In this document: positions 17,337-27,404 of the stretch, piece by piece
How the letters are laid out: each line of letters starts with the position of its first letter
How positions within the stretch are numbered: the first letter of the stretch is position 1
Source of the DNA: Fibrobacteria bacterium
GTDB lineage: Bacteria; Fibrobacterota; Fibrobacteria; UBA11236
Reading direction: 5' to 3'
Length of the DNA: 39,458 nt
Assembly (NCBI GenBank): GCA_041746255.1
Contig: JBGTHM010000124.1
Location: 1-39,458, forward strand
The notes under the pieces: generated by a model
What the model saw: the letters and a program-made list of their open reading frames with translations, nothing else
Database searches by the model: none
What the model was told of the DNA's origin: nothing
Translations under genes and position numbers: made by a program

Positions 17337-18653
17337 TCAGTTAATCCTTTTGTCTATGGCGTAACTGCTGCCTTCCATCTTCTTGACGTATTTCTTCATT
17401 TCGGCGGCGATGGATCCCACTAACCGATGATCGGTTATGGGACGCAAATGATTACCCACTACGGCCAGTGAAATCGACATAAGAGGAAAGCGTACCTTCT
17501 TTCCCTGCCGATCGACGGAATCGATAAAACCCTGCTTGGCGTCCGATTCATTGTAGAATTGCGTGACACCGCTGTCGAAGGCGGCGATGATACCTTTACA
17601 GATCGGCTCCCAGGTATCGAACGGCGAAATGATGACGAAATCGTCTCCGCCTTCGTGGCCTACGAAAGTCGCTTCCGATCCAAACTTACGCGCAGCTTCC
17701 AAAAAACAATCGCGCGTATAGAGCAAGGCGTCATCACCCTTGGAAAAACCGTATTTGTCGTTATACGCCTTGAAATTATCCAGATCCGCGTAAATGACCA
17801 CGAATTTTTGGCCCGATACGATCATGTGCTCAATTTGCTGTATGATGGCGTTATTGCCGGGCAAACCGGACAACGGGTTCGAGCCCTGGGCTTCCTCGCG
17901 TATGCGCACAAGGTTCAGAATCATTTCATTGAATGAAGAGGCCAACATTCCAATCTCGTCCTGCTGCTTTATATCGATAGTCTGGTTGAAGTCGCCTTTG
18001 GCCACCTCATGGGTGGCTTTTTCGAGTTTCTCTATGGGCTTGATGATAATGCGACGCAAAAAGAGCGCGAAAATCAATTGCAGCAGTATCACGATGCCCG
18101 CAACCAGAAGGCAGAGGCGAATGAGAATATTCCTTTCGACCTCCAATTCGTTCACCAATAGCGGAAACCGGGCGACTACGAATTCCCCATTATGGCGGAG
18201 CTGATAGGGAATATACAGGCGGATGAGTGAATTGGGAATATCCAATTCGTGATAGAAATTCTTACCTTCCAATTCGAATTTCGCTATAGCGCGGTTAAGC
18301 AGCAACTGCTCTTCGGGTGGCGCCGAAGTCCCGGCTTCCTGGGCGCTTGAGAAAAGGTGGGCTCCGCTTTCTGCAAAAATGGTTATGCCGGAAATGTTTT
18401 CCATTACCGCATCCTGCTCCACCTTTTTCCAATGCGAGGCATCCGGCGCGGAGCGTAAGCTGTCCAGGTTACGGCCCAGCATTTGCCGCAGCTGTACCGA
18501 CTGCACTTCGGATTTCAGCTGTTGGTTACGGGTAATGAGATCGGATTGGTTTTCCCAGATGATGAAATTGAAAACGGAAATTATCAATACCGTAAGGACT
18601 ATGTAAAGAACCGCCGTCTTATAGGACAGCGAATTTCTTCGGATTCCCAGCAC
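17337..18653 (-). CDS. Membrane sensor diguanylate cyclase (2 TM + HAMP + GGDEF)
   Basis: HAMP (PIEKL...GDFN...DEIGMLASSFNEM), then NPLSGLPGN, DLDNFKAYNDKYGF.KGD and GHEGGDDF. Confidence 0.9.
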   Translation of the reverse strand: MLGIRRNSLSYKTAVLYIVLTVLIISVFNFIIWENQSDLITRNQQLKSEVQSVQLRQMLGRNLDSLRSAPDASHWKKVEQDAVMENISGITIFAESGAHLFSSAQEAGTSAPPEEQLLLNRAIAKFELEGKNFYHELDIPNSLIRLYIPYQLRHNGEFVVARFPLLVNELEVERNILIRLCLLVAGIVILLQLIFALFLRRIIIKPIEKLEKATHEVAKGDFNQTIDIKQQDEIGMLASSFNEMILNLVRIREEAQGSNPLSGLPGNNAIIQQIEHMIVSGQKFVVIYADLDNFKAYNDKYGFSKGDDALLYTRDCFLEAARKFGSEATFVGHEGGDDFVIISPFDTWEPICKGIIAAFDSGVTQFYNESDAKQGFIDSVDRQGKKVRFPLMSISLAVVGNHLRPITDHRLVGSIAAEMKKYVKKMEGSSYAIDKRIN

Positions 18654-18668
18654 AAAATCTCCGGTTGG

Positions 18669-20207
18669 CTATCGTTGTCGGCGATCGATGCCGATTACGA
18701 ACTGAAGTTTATCGAATAACTCCTCGGAGGTGCAAGGCTTTTCGATGATATGAAAACCGAGGTATCGCCGCAAATCCCTATCCTCCGCGGATAAGGTGCC
18801 GTTGACCAGCAGGGCGCTGGGAGATTCCGCGCTCATTTCGCTCAAGGCAAGCAAATAGTAGTCCTTCAGGGTATCTGGAACCTCCCGGGCTTCATTAACC
18901 AGCACGAAATCGAAATTTCGCTTGCCGACTTCTTTCCAGGACGACCAATGGGAGGCCAGGTATTCAATGTGGAATGCTGAAAAGCCGATACTTTCGGACA
19001 AGGTGGACAAGGAGTCCATATCCCCCCCCAAATCGAGCACCAGGATGCGGTGCCGCCTTTTCTGTTCCGCCCTTTGGAGACGCTTCTCTATGGGTAAATT
19101 GACGATGAAAACCGATCCCTTGTGACGCGTTGATTCAACGTAAAGACGGCCACCGTGCAATTCAACGAAGGATTTGCTGATGGTCAGCCCCAACCCATGG
19201 CCTTTGCCGGATATATTGCTGCCTGAGCCGGTGTCGAATTTTTGGAAAATCGCGCTCAAATCGGCCTGGGAAATACCGGGTCCCATGTCTTGAATTGAGC
19301 AAATGAGGTTATTGTCACGTTTTTGCACATTTATGACGATTTTCCCGTTTGTCTTGGTGAATTTAATGGCATTGCCGAGAAGGTTCGCCAAAACCCGGCT
19401 TATTTTCTGGATGTCGAGATAAATATCCGGTACCTGCTCCGCCTTCAACTCGATATGAATTCCTCGCGTGAGCCCCAATCCCTTCAGGGATTGGACAATC
19501 AGCTGGACTTCCTTCAATATGTTCACCTTTTCCAGCTTCAATTGCAGCTTGCCGGCTCCGATTTTTGCGGAATCGAGAAGGTCGGTAACCATGTCAACCA
19601 GGAATTGGCAATTGCGGTGGATGGTACGGATCGGCTCCAATTGGGTCACTTCCAGGTTTCCCAAAACGCCTTCCATCAAAAGTTCCGCATAACATATCAT
19701 GGCAGCCAGGGGCGAACGCAGATCGTGCACAGCCATGTGCAAGAAATCATTTTGATGGTTGAGCTGTTCCTGTTGTCGAACAATCCGGGAACGGAGGCGA
19801 TCGTTCACGATTTGCCTGGCCACAAGCTTCGATTTCACCGACAGCAAGGATTCGAGACGGGTTCGTAAATCAGCCGGAACCGTATGCGCGTCCGCTACGA
19901 AGGACGCGCCTGCGAGAAAGAGGGAGAGCTTGTCCGAGTCCGGAATCTCTCCCCGGCTCACGACTACGCTATTGGCTATTACCAGGAACTTGTCGGGCTG
20001 GCCCGCAAGGGTTGCCACGAATGAATTCCAGTAGGGCCACTCCACCAGGAAAATATTGGCGGCGCGTACTTTCCTGTCCAGCATCCCCGCATCGGGAATT
20101 CGTCCCTCCAACCACGGAAAGTCTTCGAGTTGAGTGCGCAGTCCCGCTTCCAGGGTCTCGTCTGATCCCGCAAAAGTGAGTTTGGGCAGGATGGGGCTTT
20201 GGTTCAT
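18669..20207 (-). CDS. Cytoplasmic histidine kinase with a degenerate receiver-like C-terminal domain
   Basis: H box MAVHDLRSPL, N box NLLGNAIKF, DMGPGI and GHGLGL. Start 20207 lies in an ATGA overlap with the upstream regulator. Confidence 0.88.
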   Translation of the reverse strand: MNQSPILPKLTFAGSDETLEAGLRTQLEDFPWLEGRIPDAGMLDRKVRAANIFLVEWPYWNSFVATLAGQPDKFLVIANSVVVSRGEIPDSDKLSLFLAGASFVADAHTVPADLRTRLESLLSVKSKLVARQIVNDRLRSRIVRQQEQLNHQNDFLHMAVHDLRSPLAAMICYAELLMEGVLGNLEVTQLEPIRTIHRNCQFLVDMVTDLLDSAKIGAGKLQLKLEKVNILKEVQLIVQSLKGLGLTRGIHIELKAEQVPDIYLDIQKISRVLANLLGNAIKFTKTNGKIVINVQKRDNNLICSIQDMGPGISQADLSAIFQKFDTGSGSNISGKGHGLGLTISKSFVELHGGRLYVESTRHKGSVFIVNLPIEKRLQRAEQKRRHRILVLDLGGDMDSLSTLSESIGFSAFHIEYLASHWSSWKEVGKRNFDFVLVNEAREVPDTLKDYYLLALSEMSAESPSALLVNGTLSAEDRDLRRYLGFHIIEKPCTSEELFDKLQFVIGIDRRQR

Positions 20208-21586
20208 GGAACGACGGCCTGATCCGAATCCGTGATTTTGTATTCGTGGAGCTTGTTTCGTAAGGTACGAATACTGATATTCAGCATATCCGCAGCCTTG
20301 GTCCGGTTGTCCCCACATGCCTCCAAAGTCTTGAAGATGAGGATTTTTTCGGCTTCCGCCACACTCATTCCGGCTTCCAATCCTGAGTCCGGCGTTCCGG
20401 GACGGGGCGATTGCGCTACCGTACCATTCATGCGCAAATGCTCGGGAAGGATTTCCTTGTTCTTGGCGAACACTACCGCCCGTTGAATGACATTCTCCAA
20501 CTCGCGTACGTTACCCGGCCAACCGTGGGCGCGCAACCGATCCAAGGCCTCCGGCGCCAGGCCCGGAACGGTGAAGCCGTTTTCACGATTGTATTTGTCG
20601 ATAAAATGCATGCTTATCGGCTCGATGTCTCCCGGCCTGTCCCGCAAAGGGGGAACCTGGAGAGGAATCACGTTGAGGCGATAATATAGGTCTTCCCGGA
20701 ACCGGCCCTGCGCAGCCTCTTCTTGCAAGTCGCGGTTGGTGATGCAGATAATCCGCACGTCGATGGGTATTTCGTCGTTTCCACCGACCTTCGTAATTTC
20801 CCTTTCCTGAAGTACGCGCAAAAGCTTGCTCTGGGCGAATAGAGGCATCTCCCCTATCTCATCCAGCAGAAGGGTACCGCCGTTAGCCAACTCGAACTTG
20901 CCCATGCGGGATTTGATGGCTCCGGTGTAGGAGCCCTTTTCATGTCCGAAAAGTTCGCTTTCGATCAGCGATTCGGGGATGGCCGCGCAATTGATTTTTA
21001 CGAAGGGAAGACTGCTGCGTTTGCTTTTGGCATGAATGGCCTGAGCCATCAACTCCTTGCCGGTACCCGACTCGCCTGTTATCAGCACGGTCGAATTGGA
21101 TCCCGCCACCTCCTCCGCGGTCGCCAACAACTGTTGAATGGCATTGCTGTTTCCCACCAGCCGGTATCGCTGCGCGAGTTTCTCCCTGAGGTTGCGGTTC
21201 TCTTTTTTGAGACCGCTCAACTGCAATACCTGGGATACGGTATGTTCGAGGATTTCGATTTGGAAGGGCTTTTCAATAAAGTCCTGGATCCCCAGTTTCA
21301 TGGCTTTGACGGCCGCTTCCACCGTCCCATATGCGGTCATCAGAACAATGGGTAGGCCCGGTTCAAGCGCCAGCAGCTTTTCCGCCAGTTCGATACCGGT
21401 CATATTCGGCATTTTATAGTCGGATAACACCATGTCGTAGCGTCCGGGAGCGAAATCGTCGAGGACTTCCTGGGCGCTGCGCTTCACCTTCACCTTATGA
21501 CCTATCCGTTGGAGACTGGTCGAGATGAATTCCCGCATCAATTCTTCGTCGTCCACTACTATTATTTCCGCCATGTGCTTCTCCAT
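20204..21586 (-). CDS. NtrC-family sigma-54-dependent response regulator (REC-AAA+-Fis HTH)
   Basis: VVDDE / SDYKMP receiver, [41 protein letters not shown] and [20 protein letters not shown]. Confidence 0.95.
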   Translation of the reverse strand: MEKHMAEIIVVDDEELMREFISTSLQRIGHKVKVKRSAQEVLDDFAPGRYDMVLSDYKMPNMTGIELAEKLLALEPGLPIVLMTAYGTVEAAVKAMKLGIQDFIEKPFQIEILEHTVSQVLQLSGLKKENRNLREKLAQRYRLVGNSNAIQQLLATAEEVAGSNSTVLITGESGTGKELMAQAIHAKSKRSSLPFVKINCAAIPESLIESELFGHEKGSYTGAIKSRMGKFELANGGTLLLDEIGEMPLFAQSKLLRVLQEREITKVGGNDEIPIDVRIICITNRDLQEEAAQGRFREDLYYRLNVIPLQVPPLRDRPGDIEPISMHFIDKYNRENGFTVPGLAPEALDRLRAHGWPGNVRELENVIQRAVVFAKNKEILPEHLRMNGTVAQSPRPGTPDSGLEAGMSVAEAEKILIFKTLEACGDNRTKAADMLNISIRTLRNKLHEYKITDSDQAVVP

Positions 21587-22812
21587 GAATCCATGCGGAT
21601 TTCGAATTTGGTGAATCCCGGCGGTTCATTCTTCACGCGAATGCTTCCCCCGTGCAATTCGACTATACGCTGCACGATCGCCAATCCCAAGCCCGTGCCC
21701 TGCTCCTTGGTGGTGAAAAACGGATTGAAAATCTTATCGAGGTTCTCCTCGGGAATTCCCTTCCCGTTATCCACCACGGAAACCATCAGGAAGTCGCTTT
21801 TATCCAGACCCACTTCGATGCGCAGGATGCCTTTGGATTCTATCGATTGAATGGCGTTAAATATAAGATTCAGAAGCACCTGCTGGAACTTCTCGGGATC
21901 AATTTGCGCCTCCATTTTTTCCGTAGGGTAATTCCTCTCGATGGAAACCGTTTTGCCTTCCTTGCTGATTTCCAATTCGGCGTATCGCATTATCTCCTCG
22001 ATCCATTCGATGAAATCGAGTCGCTGCAACTGTAGCTCCATAGGCCGGGTAAACACCAGAAGGTTCGAGACGATTTTATTAAGGCTGGAAACCCCTTGCA
22101 CGATGCGCCGCACCAATACCCTCCGGGGATCGTCGATTTCGAGATCCCGCTCCAACAAGCCGGCGAATCCGCCGATGCCGGCGAGCGGATTGCGGATTTC
22201 ATGCGCCACGGTAGCGGCCATCTCACCCAATGCGGCCAAAGTCTTGGCATGTTGCATCTGCTTCTGCATATGCTTTATTTCGCGCAAATCGGTGGAAACT
22301 TCTACAGCTCCGAGCAATTTTCCCGAGGTATCGCAAACCAGCTTGGTGGTATAGCCGATGGGTTGGAATTCGCCCCGTATCCGCCAATACCTTTCATGGC
22401 CGTCATAAGCCCTATTAACCCGTAAGGTATCGATGAGCGGAAGGTGATCCTCAGCCTGCTTGGCGAATACTTCGGGATAGGCTTTTCCGATGGCATCCTC
22501 GGCGTCGACACCATAAATTTTTTCGGCCGCTTGGTTGAAAAGGGTTATACGCTCATCGACATCGACCATGATTACACCGGAGTCGAGACTTTCCAGAACC
22601 GATTTGAGTTGGTTTTTAACCCTTTCGGTTTCATACATCGAGGCGTTCAGCTCGCGGTTGCGCTCTTCGAGCTCAAGACTGATTTTATCGAATTTTATGC
22701 CGATATCCTTGTAGGCCGTTTCGAGCCGGGCAACATTGGCGTTGAACCATTCGAATACCTGGGACATCTGCCCCCGGCGATCCTCGGGAATTCCGGCCAA
22801 CCAATCATCCAT
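21562..22812 (-). CDS. Cytoplasmic PAS sensor histidine kinase (FlgS/FleS/AtoS-like)
   Basis: Coiled coil, PAS (SGVIMVD...FNQAAEKI), [12 protein letters not shown] and [13 protein letters not shown]. Start reassigned to ATG 22812, just after the upstream stop. Confidence 0.9.
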   Translation of the reverse strand: MDDWLAGIPEDRRGQMSQVFEWFNANVARLETAYKDIGIKFDKISLELEERNRELNASMYETERVKNQLKSVLESLDSGVIMVDVDERITLFNQAAEKIYGVDAEDAIGKAYPEVFAKQAEDHLPLIDTLRVNRAYDGHERYWRIRGEFQPIGYTTKLVCDTSGKLLGAVEVSTDLREIKHMQKQMQHAKTLAALGEMAATVAHEIRNPLAGIGGFAGLLERDLEIDDPRRVLVRRIVQGVSSLNKIVSNLLVFTRPMELQLQRLDFIEWIEEIMRYAELEISKEGKTVSIERNYPTEKMEAQIDPEKFQQVLLNLIFNAIQSIESKGILRIEVGLDKSDFLMVSVVDNGKGIPEENLDKIFNPFFTTKEQGTGLGLAIVQRIVELHGGSIRVKNEPPGFTKFEIRMDSWRSTWRK

Positions 22813-22820
22813 GGCCAGAC

Positions 22821-23189
22821 CTACTGTTGGGAGCGATACCAACTGATGCGCCCCATGATATCCGCCTGAGGGGGTTGCGATTCCATCGGCTTTTCGGAGA
22901 ACCATTTCTCATGTTGAGCCTGTATGTTCCGCGCCACGGACTCTAATTCGTCCAACAGATTTCCCGCCCTTCCCTTTAGATGCTCTTCCCTTTCCTGCGC
23001 AGGCAAGGCTTTCCATCCGTCCAGAAAAGGCTGGAGTTCCTCTTTTTGATTCTCGAGCAGACTTGTAAGTTCTATTTCGCGCAGCAACAGCCGCTTCATT
23101 GCCTCTGCATCGGCTTTCTGCATAAATTCCAGGGCGGATTGCTGCACTCCCTGTAAATCCACGAAAACCTTGAGCCGATTTTCCAACAA
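22821..23189 (-). CDS. Small helical protein, loosely FlgN/FliT-like
   Basis: Fills the gap in the operon and has an all-helical amphipathic pattern. The family resemblance is weak and the start is uncertain. Confidence 0.55.
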   Translation of the reverse strand: MLENRLKVFVDLQGVQQSALEFMQKADAEAMKRLLLREIELTSLLENQKEELQPFLDGWKALPAQEREEHLKGRAGNLLDELESVARNIQAQHEKWFSEKPMESQPPQADIMGRISWYRSQQ

Positions 23190-23220
23190 CTCCTCGAATT
23201 GCCGCAGCGGAAATCCCTCT

Positions 23221-25149
23221 TTAATCGATAACCTCCCCGAATTCCTTGCGCCAAATGGTATCCTCGCGCCGCCACTTGGCTTGCGCGGCCCAATAGCTAT
23301 AGGGATAATTATCGATTACCCGGGTATACTCATTCAAGGCCAATTCGTAGCGATGTTGTGACTTGTAGGTATTGGCCAGTTGATAATGCACCCAATCCGC
23401 ATCGGGGAAACCGGAATGGGATTTGGTCAGTTCCTGGTACAAAACCAGAGCGGCCTGCCAATTTTTAGCGGAAAACTCGAGATCGGCAAGCCTCAGCCGC
23501 GAAAGGGAGCATGTGCGGGTCTGGGTCGTATCGGCTGAAGGGTTTCCGCAATACTCCAGGGAAGCTTGGAATAATTTACGGGCCAAATCGAGTCGGCCTT
23601 GGTGCTGATGTAACAACCCCAGTTGCTGACGGTAATACATTTTTTTTCCGACAAGGCGCGAATTGCTTTCCGCCTTTTGGAGATAGGCTGTCCATTTAGT
23701 GGTATCGCGTGAAAGGGCTCCCACCCGTTCGAGCGCCGCTCCCAATGCCTCCTGAGAGGGTCCGAAATTTTCACCCGGCCGCATGTCCGCCAGTATTTGC
23801 TCGGCGGGCACCCATTCCTTTCCGCCCAAAGCGATTAGCGCTGATAGGTATTGTGCATGATTGGTGAAAATTCCTCCGGTCGCCGGCGAAGCCCGCAAAT
23901 AATCGTTTACCTGCACCTCAGCATTTTGCGTAAGTCCCAGTCGCAGATAAACCGTAGCAAGGTTTAAAGCCGCGGCTTCGGCATTGGGTGAACCCGCGTA
24001 TTTCAAAATGAGTTCCCTGAATTTTCGAATGGAGGATTCAAGTCGGCCTTCGTGGTATTCCAGAAAGGCTCCTCGCGTTTCCGATCCTCCCACTCCTCCG
24101 GGGTCGGGGAGAAAAAAGCGATGACCTTCCTCTTCGGGGAAACCCGAGACCTCAATTACTTTCAGGAGGGAAAACCGGGGTTTGCTAGCGTCCTGTGACG
24201 TACTTTCCGGCGGATCCGGCGGGGTTGCGACAGTGGGCGGCTTTGGGTCGAGCGGACGGTCGCTGCCGGACTTGGCTGCCACGGGGGGGGCCGTCGGAAT
24301 CGGTTTTTTTGCGGCGAGGGAAGCTTCCAGCTTATCTACCCGCGCCTGGGCCTGTCGCTTACCCTCGGGGGATGCATCGCCTTGCAGGTAGGTTTTGAAG
24401 GAACGAACGGCCGCTTCCGGCCTATTGGCTATTTCATGGATTCGGCCGACATAGTAATGTGCGTTATTTCCCCGATCGGGATAAGCGTAACTTCTTTGGA
24501 AATTGTAAAGTGCCTTGGCATATTCCTTTTTGTTGTATCGAATTACCCCAGCGAGATAATAGGCTCCAGGATGCCCCTTATGTTTGGCGAGCGTTTTGTG
24601 GATGGCCTCCAGGGCTCCCTCTGTATTTTTTGCCTTGTAGAGCTCGATAGCCTTGAGAAAATCCGCATCGGCATAGATTCCTTTGGCCGTGGATTTCCCT
24701 CCGACCTCCGAATCACCTGCTGCCCCATCATCTGTAGGATCGGACTGGGAAACACCATCACCCTGCGGTTGCAAACCCGCAATTTTAGTCTCGATACGCT
24801 TTTTACTGAGAGAGTCGGAAGCATACCGCGCCTGCATTTTAAAGGCTTCGATGGCCAGATCGGGACGCTTCTGCAGGAGGTTGACCTCTCCCATCTCCCG
24901 ATAGATTTCCGCATTGTCCGGATTTTCCACCAACAGGTTCCGGTATTCGCGCAAAGCCTTCTCCAGGTCACCCTGCACCGTATATTCGCGCGCCAAACGT
25001 AACCGATGGGCATCCGGTTCACCGGCGGAGAGCGGGTCTACGGCCAAGAGGAAGAGCAAGCAGGTCACGGCGATGCCGCGACATAGCTGTATGTTCGGAA
25101 GGAACGGGCCGTAAAATGGTTTTTCTTTCATGTGGCAATACAAGCGCAC
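23221..25149 (-). CDS. Exported multi-TPR protein
   Basis: Signal peptide, many TPR motifs (AYYLAGVIRY, AHYYVGRIHE, HYQLANTY) and a Pro-rich linker. Start may be ATG 25131. Confidence 0.85.
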   Translation of the reverse strand: MRLYCHMKEKPFYGPFLPNIQLCRGIAVTCLLFLLAVDPLSAGEPDAHRLRLAREYTVQGDLEKALREYRNLLVENPDNAEIYREMGEVNLLQKRPDLAIEAFKMQARYASDSLSKKRIETKIAGLQPQGDGVSQSDPTDDGAAGDSEVGGKSTAKGIYADADFLKAIELYKAKNTEGALEAIHKTLAKHKGHPGAYYLAGVIRYNKKEYAKALYNFQRSYAYPDRGNNAHYYVGRIHEIANRPEAAVRSFKTYLQGDASPEGKRQAQARVDKLEASLAAKKPIPTAPPVAAKSGSDRPLDPKPPTVATPPDPPESTSQDASKPRFSLLKVIEVSGFPEEEGHRFFLPDPGGVGGSETRGAFLEYHEGRLESSIRKFRELILKYAGSPNAEAAALNLATVYLRLGLTQNAEVQVNDYLRASPATGGIFTNHAQYLSALIALGGKEWVPAEQILADMRPGENFGPSQEALGAALERVGALSRDTTKWTAYLQKAESNSRLVGKKMYYRQQLGLLHQHQGRLDLARKLFQASLEYCGNPSADTTQTRTCSLSRLRLADLEFSAKNWQAALVLYQELTKSHSGFPDADWVHYQLANTYKSQHRYELALNEYTRVIDNYPYSYWAAQAKWRREDTIWRKEFGEVID

Positions 25150-25163
25150 TAGGCGTCTGCCCC

Positions 25164-25193
25164 ATTATAGCCTTAACGGATTGGCGAGATCAA
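25164..25193 (-). promoter_or_regulatory. Putative sigma-70 promoter for the TPR/signalling operon
   Basis: TTGATC-N18-TATAAT on the minus strand. Confidence 0.5.
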
Positions 25194-25215
25194 AAAAGAA
25201 GCGCCCCGAATAGGT

Positions 25216-26394
25216 TTAAAACCGTAAAACGCGCACTCGCAAGACGTCGGGAATTCCCTGTATGCTGGAAATTACGGATGGCTGGATGTCGGATTCGAAA
25301 TCGATGATATTATACCCGACCTTACCATTGCTCTCGTTGGTCAGGGACTGGATGTTGATACCCGCATTTCCCAGCACATTGGTAATATGGGCGATCATAT
25401 TGGGAAGGTCCTTGTTGATGACGATAAGCCGGGTTTTGGTGGTTTGCTGAGGATAAACTTCAATGATGGGAAAGTTGACCGAGTTGGTAATGACGCCGTA
25501 TTCCAAATAACTTTTCAGCTGGGTAACCGCCATGACCGCGCAATTCTCCTCGGATTCCGCCGTACTGGCGCCAAGATGCGGGGTGCAAACCACATTCGGG
25601 GTCTTAACCATTTGCCGAGTGGGAAAATCCGTCAAATAGGTGGAAACCTTTCCACTCTCAAGGCCTCTGATGACCGCGTCATCGTCATAGATGCCTTTTC
25701 GCGAGTAATTCAGGAGTATCACTCCCGGTTTCATGCGGGATATGACCGATTCATTTATGAGGTTACGGGTTTTATCGGAGAGAGGTACATGGACGGTAAT
25801 GATATCGGCCTGGCCAATGAATAAGTCCAGGGTATGGGCAATTTCCACTCTCGCATTCAAATTATGGATATTGGCGATGGTGGGAAAGGCATCGTATCCG
25901 ATAACCTTCATGCCGTGTTCGATGCCGGCGTTCGCAACCAGCACTCCGATTTTCCCGAGACCCAGTACGCCCAGAGTCTTACCCGCCAATTCGAAACCGG
26001 TATAGGTGGACTTGCCCTTTTCCACTTTTTCGGACAATACCTTTTCGTCGGATTCTTCGGACAGTTTTTGGGTGAATTCGAGGCTCTTATGGATTTTCCG
26101 CGCGGCGATGCCAAGCATGATGAAAACCAATTCCGCCACCGCATTCGCATTTGCACCGGGGGTATTAAAAACACAGACACCCTTCTGGGTAGCTTTCTCG
26201 ATGGAGATATTATTCACACCCGCACCAGCGCGGGCTACGGCTAGAAGGCCGTCGTAGGCATCGGTGTCTACCTGTGCGCTGCGGACGATTATGGCTTCGG
26301 GTGAGACGCTTTCGGAATTGAGGAGGTAATTATCTCCAAAAAGTCTGATGCCTTGCTGCGAGATATTGTTCAGTGTCTTGATTTTAAATGCCAT
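25216..26394 (-). CDS. serA: D-3-phosphoglycerate dehydrogenase with ACT domain
   Basis: ARAGAGVNN, NTPGANANAVAE, GLGKIG and TPHLGAST.ESE; C-terminal ACT domain. Confidence 0.92.
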   Translation of the reverse strand: MAFKIKTLNNISQQGIRLFGDNYLLNSESVSPEAIIVRSAQVDTDAYDGLLAVARAGAGVNNISIEKATQKGVCVFNTPGANANAVAELVFIMLGIAARKIHKSLEFTQKLSEESDEKVLSEKVEKGKSTYTGFELAGKTLGVLGLGKIGVLVANAGIEHGMKVIGYDAFPTIANIHNLNARVEIAHTLDLFIGQADIITVHVPLSDKTRNLINESVISRMKPGVILLNYSRKGIYDDDAVIRGLESGKVSTYLTDFPTRQMVKTPNVVCTPHLGASTAESEENCAVMAVTQLKSYLEYGVITNSVNFPIIEVYPQQTTKTRLIVINKDLPNMIAHITNVLGNAGINIQSLTNESNGKVGYNIIDFESDIQPSVISSIQGIPDVLRVRVLRF

Positions 26395-26449
26395 TGGTAT
26401 TTCCCTGATTCGGCTTTGGCGGAAAGATACTAATTCTGCAAGAATTCAT

Positions 26450-26483
26450 TCCGATTTTATCGCTTCGGTTGAAGCGAATCGGA
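26450..26483. terminator. Intergenic hairpin
   Basis: TCCGAT-ttta-TCGCTTC-ggtt-GAAGCGA-ATCGGA, 35 nt after the upstream stop. Confidence 0.3.
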
Positions 26484-26517
26484 TTAGGTCCTGCATGGAA
26501 AATCGAGGAAGATTTAA

Positions 26518-27225
26518 TCAGGGAGAGACAACCGGGCGGTCGGGAGGAAAACCGGGAACCGGATCGATGGGAATCGGAGGCGGCTCCGGTTTTAAATAGT
26601 AATAATAGCCCGCATATCCGCCCCCACCAAGGACGGCAAGCGCCAAGGGAAATTTCCAGTAGAAAGAGGACTGTTTGCGGGTGAAGGCTCTTTCAATTTT
26701 CTTGCTCCATTTGAAGCTCATGGTGATTACCCCATAATCCTCATGGACTTCATAACCAAAATCGTGCGGGGTCATGAGGGTAACCCGTACCACATCGCGT
26801 AAATCCGGTCTCAATCCTGCAACTTGGGCATTCAAATCGATTTTAAAAAGTTCTACGGTACTGGTGGTAATGGGGCTTTCTTGAATAGGTTCGATAATGC
26901 TGGTTCCGATGCGCGTATCATAAAAATCGAAAACCAGGGCCTTCTTCTCGACATCGTAATAACTGAAATAGGCGGAGGGTTTTTCCGTAAGCAGGTAAAT
27001 GATTTTGATTTCCTTGACATCCTCGGAAATCTGGGTCTTGTCCAATACCACGCCTTCGATGGTACAAAAGATGCCTTCCTCTTCCCGAGTTATGGTGGGC
27101 GCGTCCGGGGCATCGATGATGTCTTCATACTGTCCCGGTTGGGCCGTAAGGGTTGCTGCAAGCAGCGCCAAAATGGGCCACGACGAAGCTGAAAGGAATG
27201 TTTTGTGCAAAAAATTACAGAGCAA
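26518..27225 (-). CDS. Hypothetical exported protein with an AMIN-like domain, C-terminal TM helix and Pro-rich tail
   Basis: Signal peptide; AMIN-like strands LVFDFYDT and VVRVTL; ends FPLALAVLGGGGYAGYYYYLKPEPPPIPIDPVPGFPPDRP. Confidence 0.65.
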   Translation of the reverse strand: MLCNFLHKTFLSASSWPILALLAATLTAQPGQYEDIIDAPDAPTITREEEGIFCTIEGVVLDKTQISEDVKEIKIIYLLTEKPSAYFSYYDVEKKALVFDFYDTRIGTSIIEPIQESPITTSTVELFKIDLNAQVAGLRPDLRDVVRVTLMTPHDFGYEVHEDYGVITMSFKWSKKIERAFTRKQSSFYWKFPLALAVLGGGGYAGYYYYLKPEPPPIPIDPVPGFPPDRPVVSP

Positions 27226-27404
27226 AATCTGCCTTCCCAGCGGTATCCAGGGGGTTAATCCAGGGGACGCTTGCTAATATTATCTCAAAATCTCGAATAG
27301 GCTCTGCCAAAGGTCCTAATGTCCTTAAAAAAGATAAAAAAGGCCACTGATTTGCGAGTAGGAAGTTTCGCAGGGACCAGAAATAATCCCCTGATTACTC
27401 AAAT

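Noticed and set aside
17334..17339. The DGC stop TGA is followed directly and in frame by the GTG of the next gene, suggesting readthrough or selenocysteine fusion
   Set aside because: An AAAGGA SD lies 8 nt before the GTG, the DGC ends like a complete domain, and the next protein has its own N-terminal TM. Translational coupling explains it.
17636..17660. GGDDF instead of GGDEF
   Set aside because: The GH.GGDDF form is a widespread variant and is not evidence of inactivity or novelty.
20915..20965. GSYTGA instead of GAFTGA in the sigma-54 activator
   Set aside because: S and Y substitutions occur in functional enhancer-binding proteins, and the key Thr is kept.
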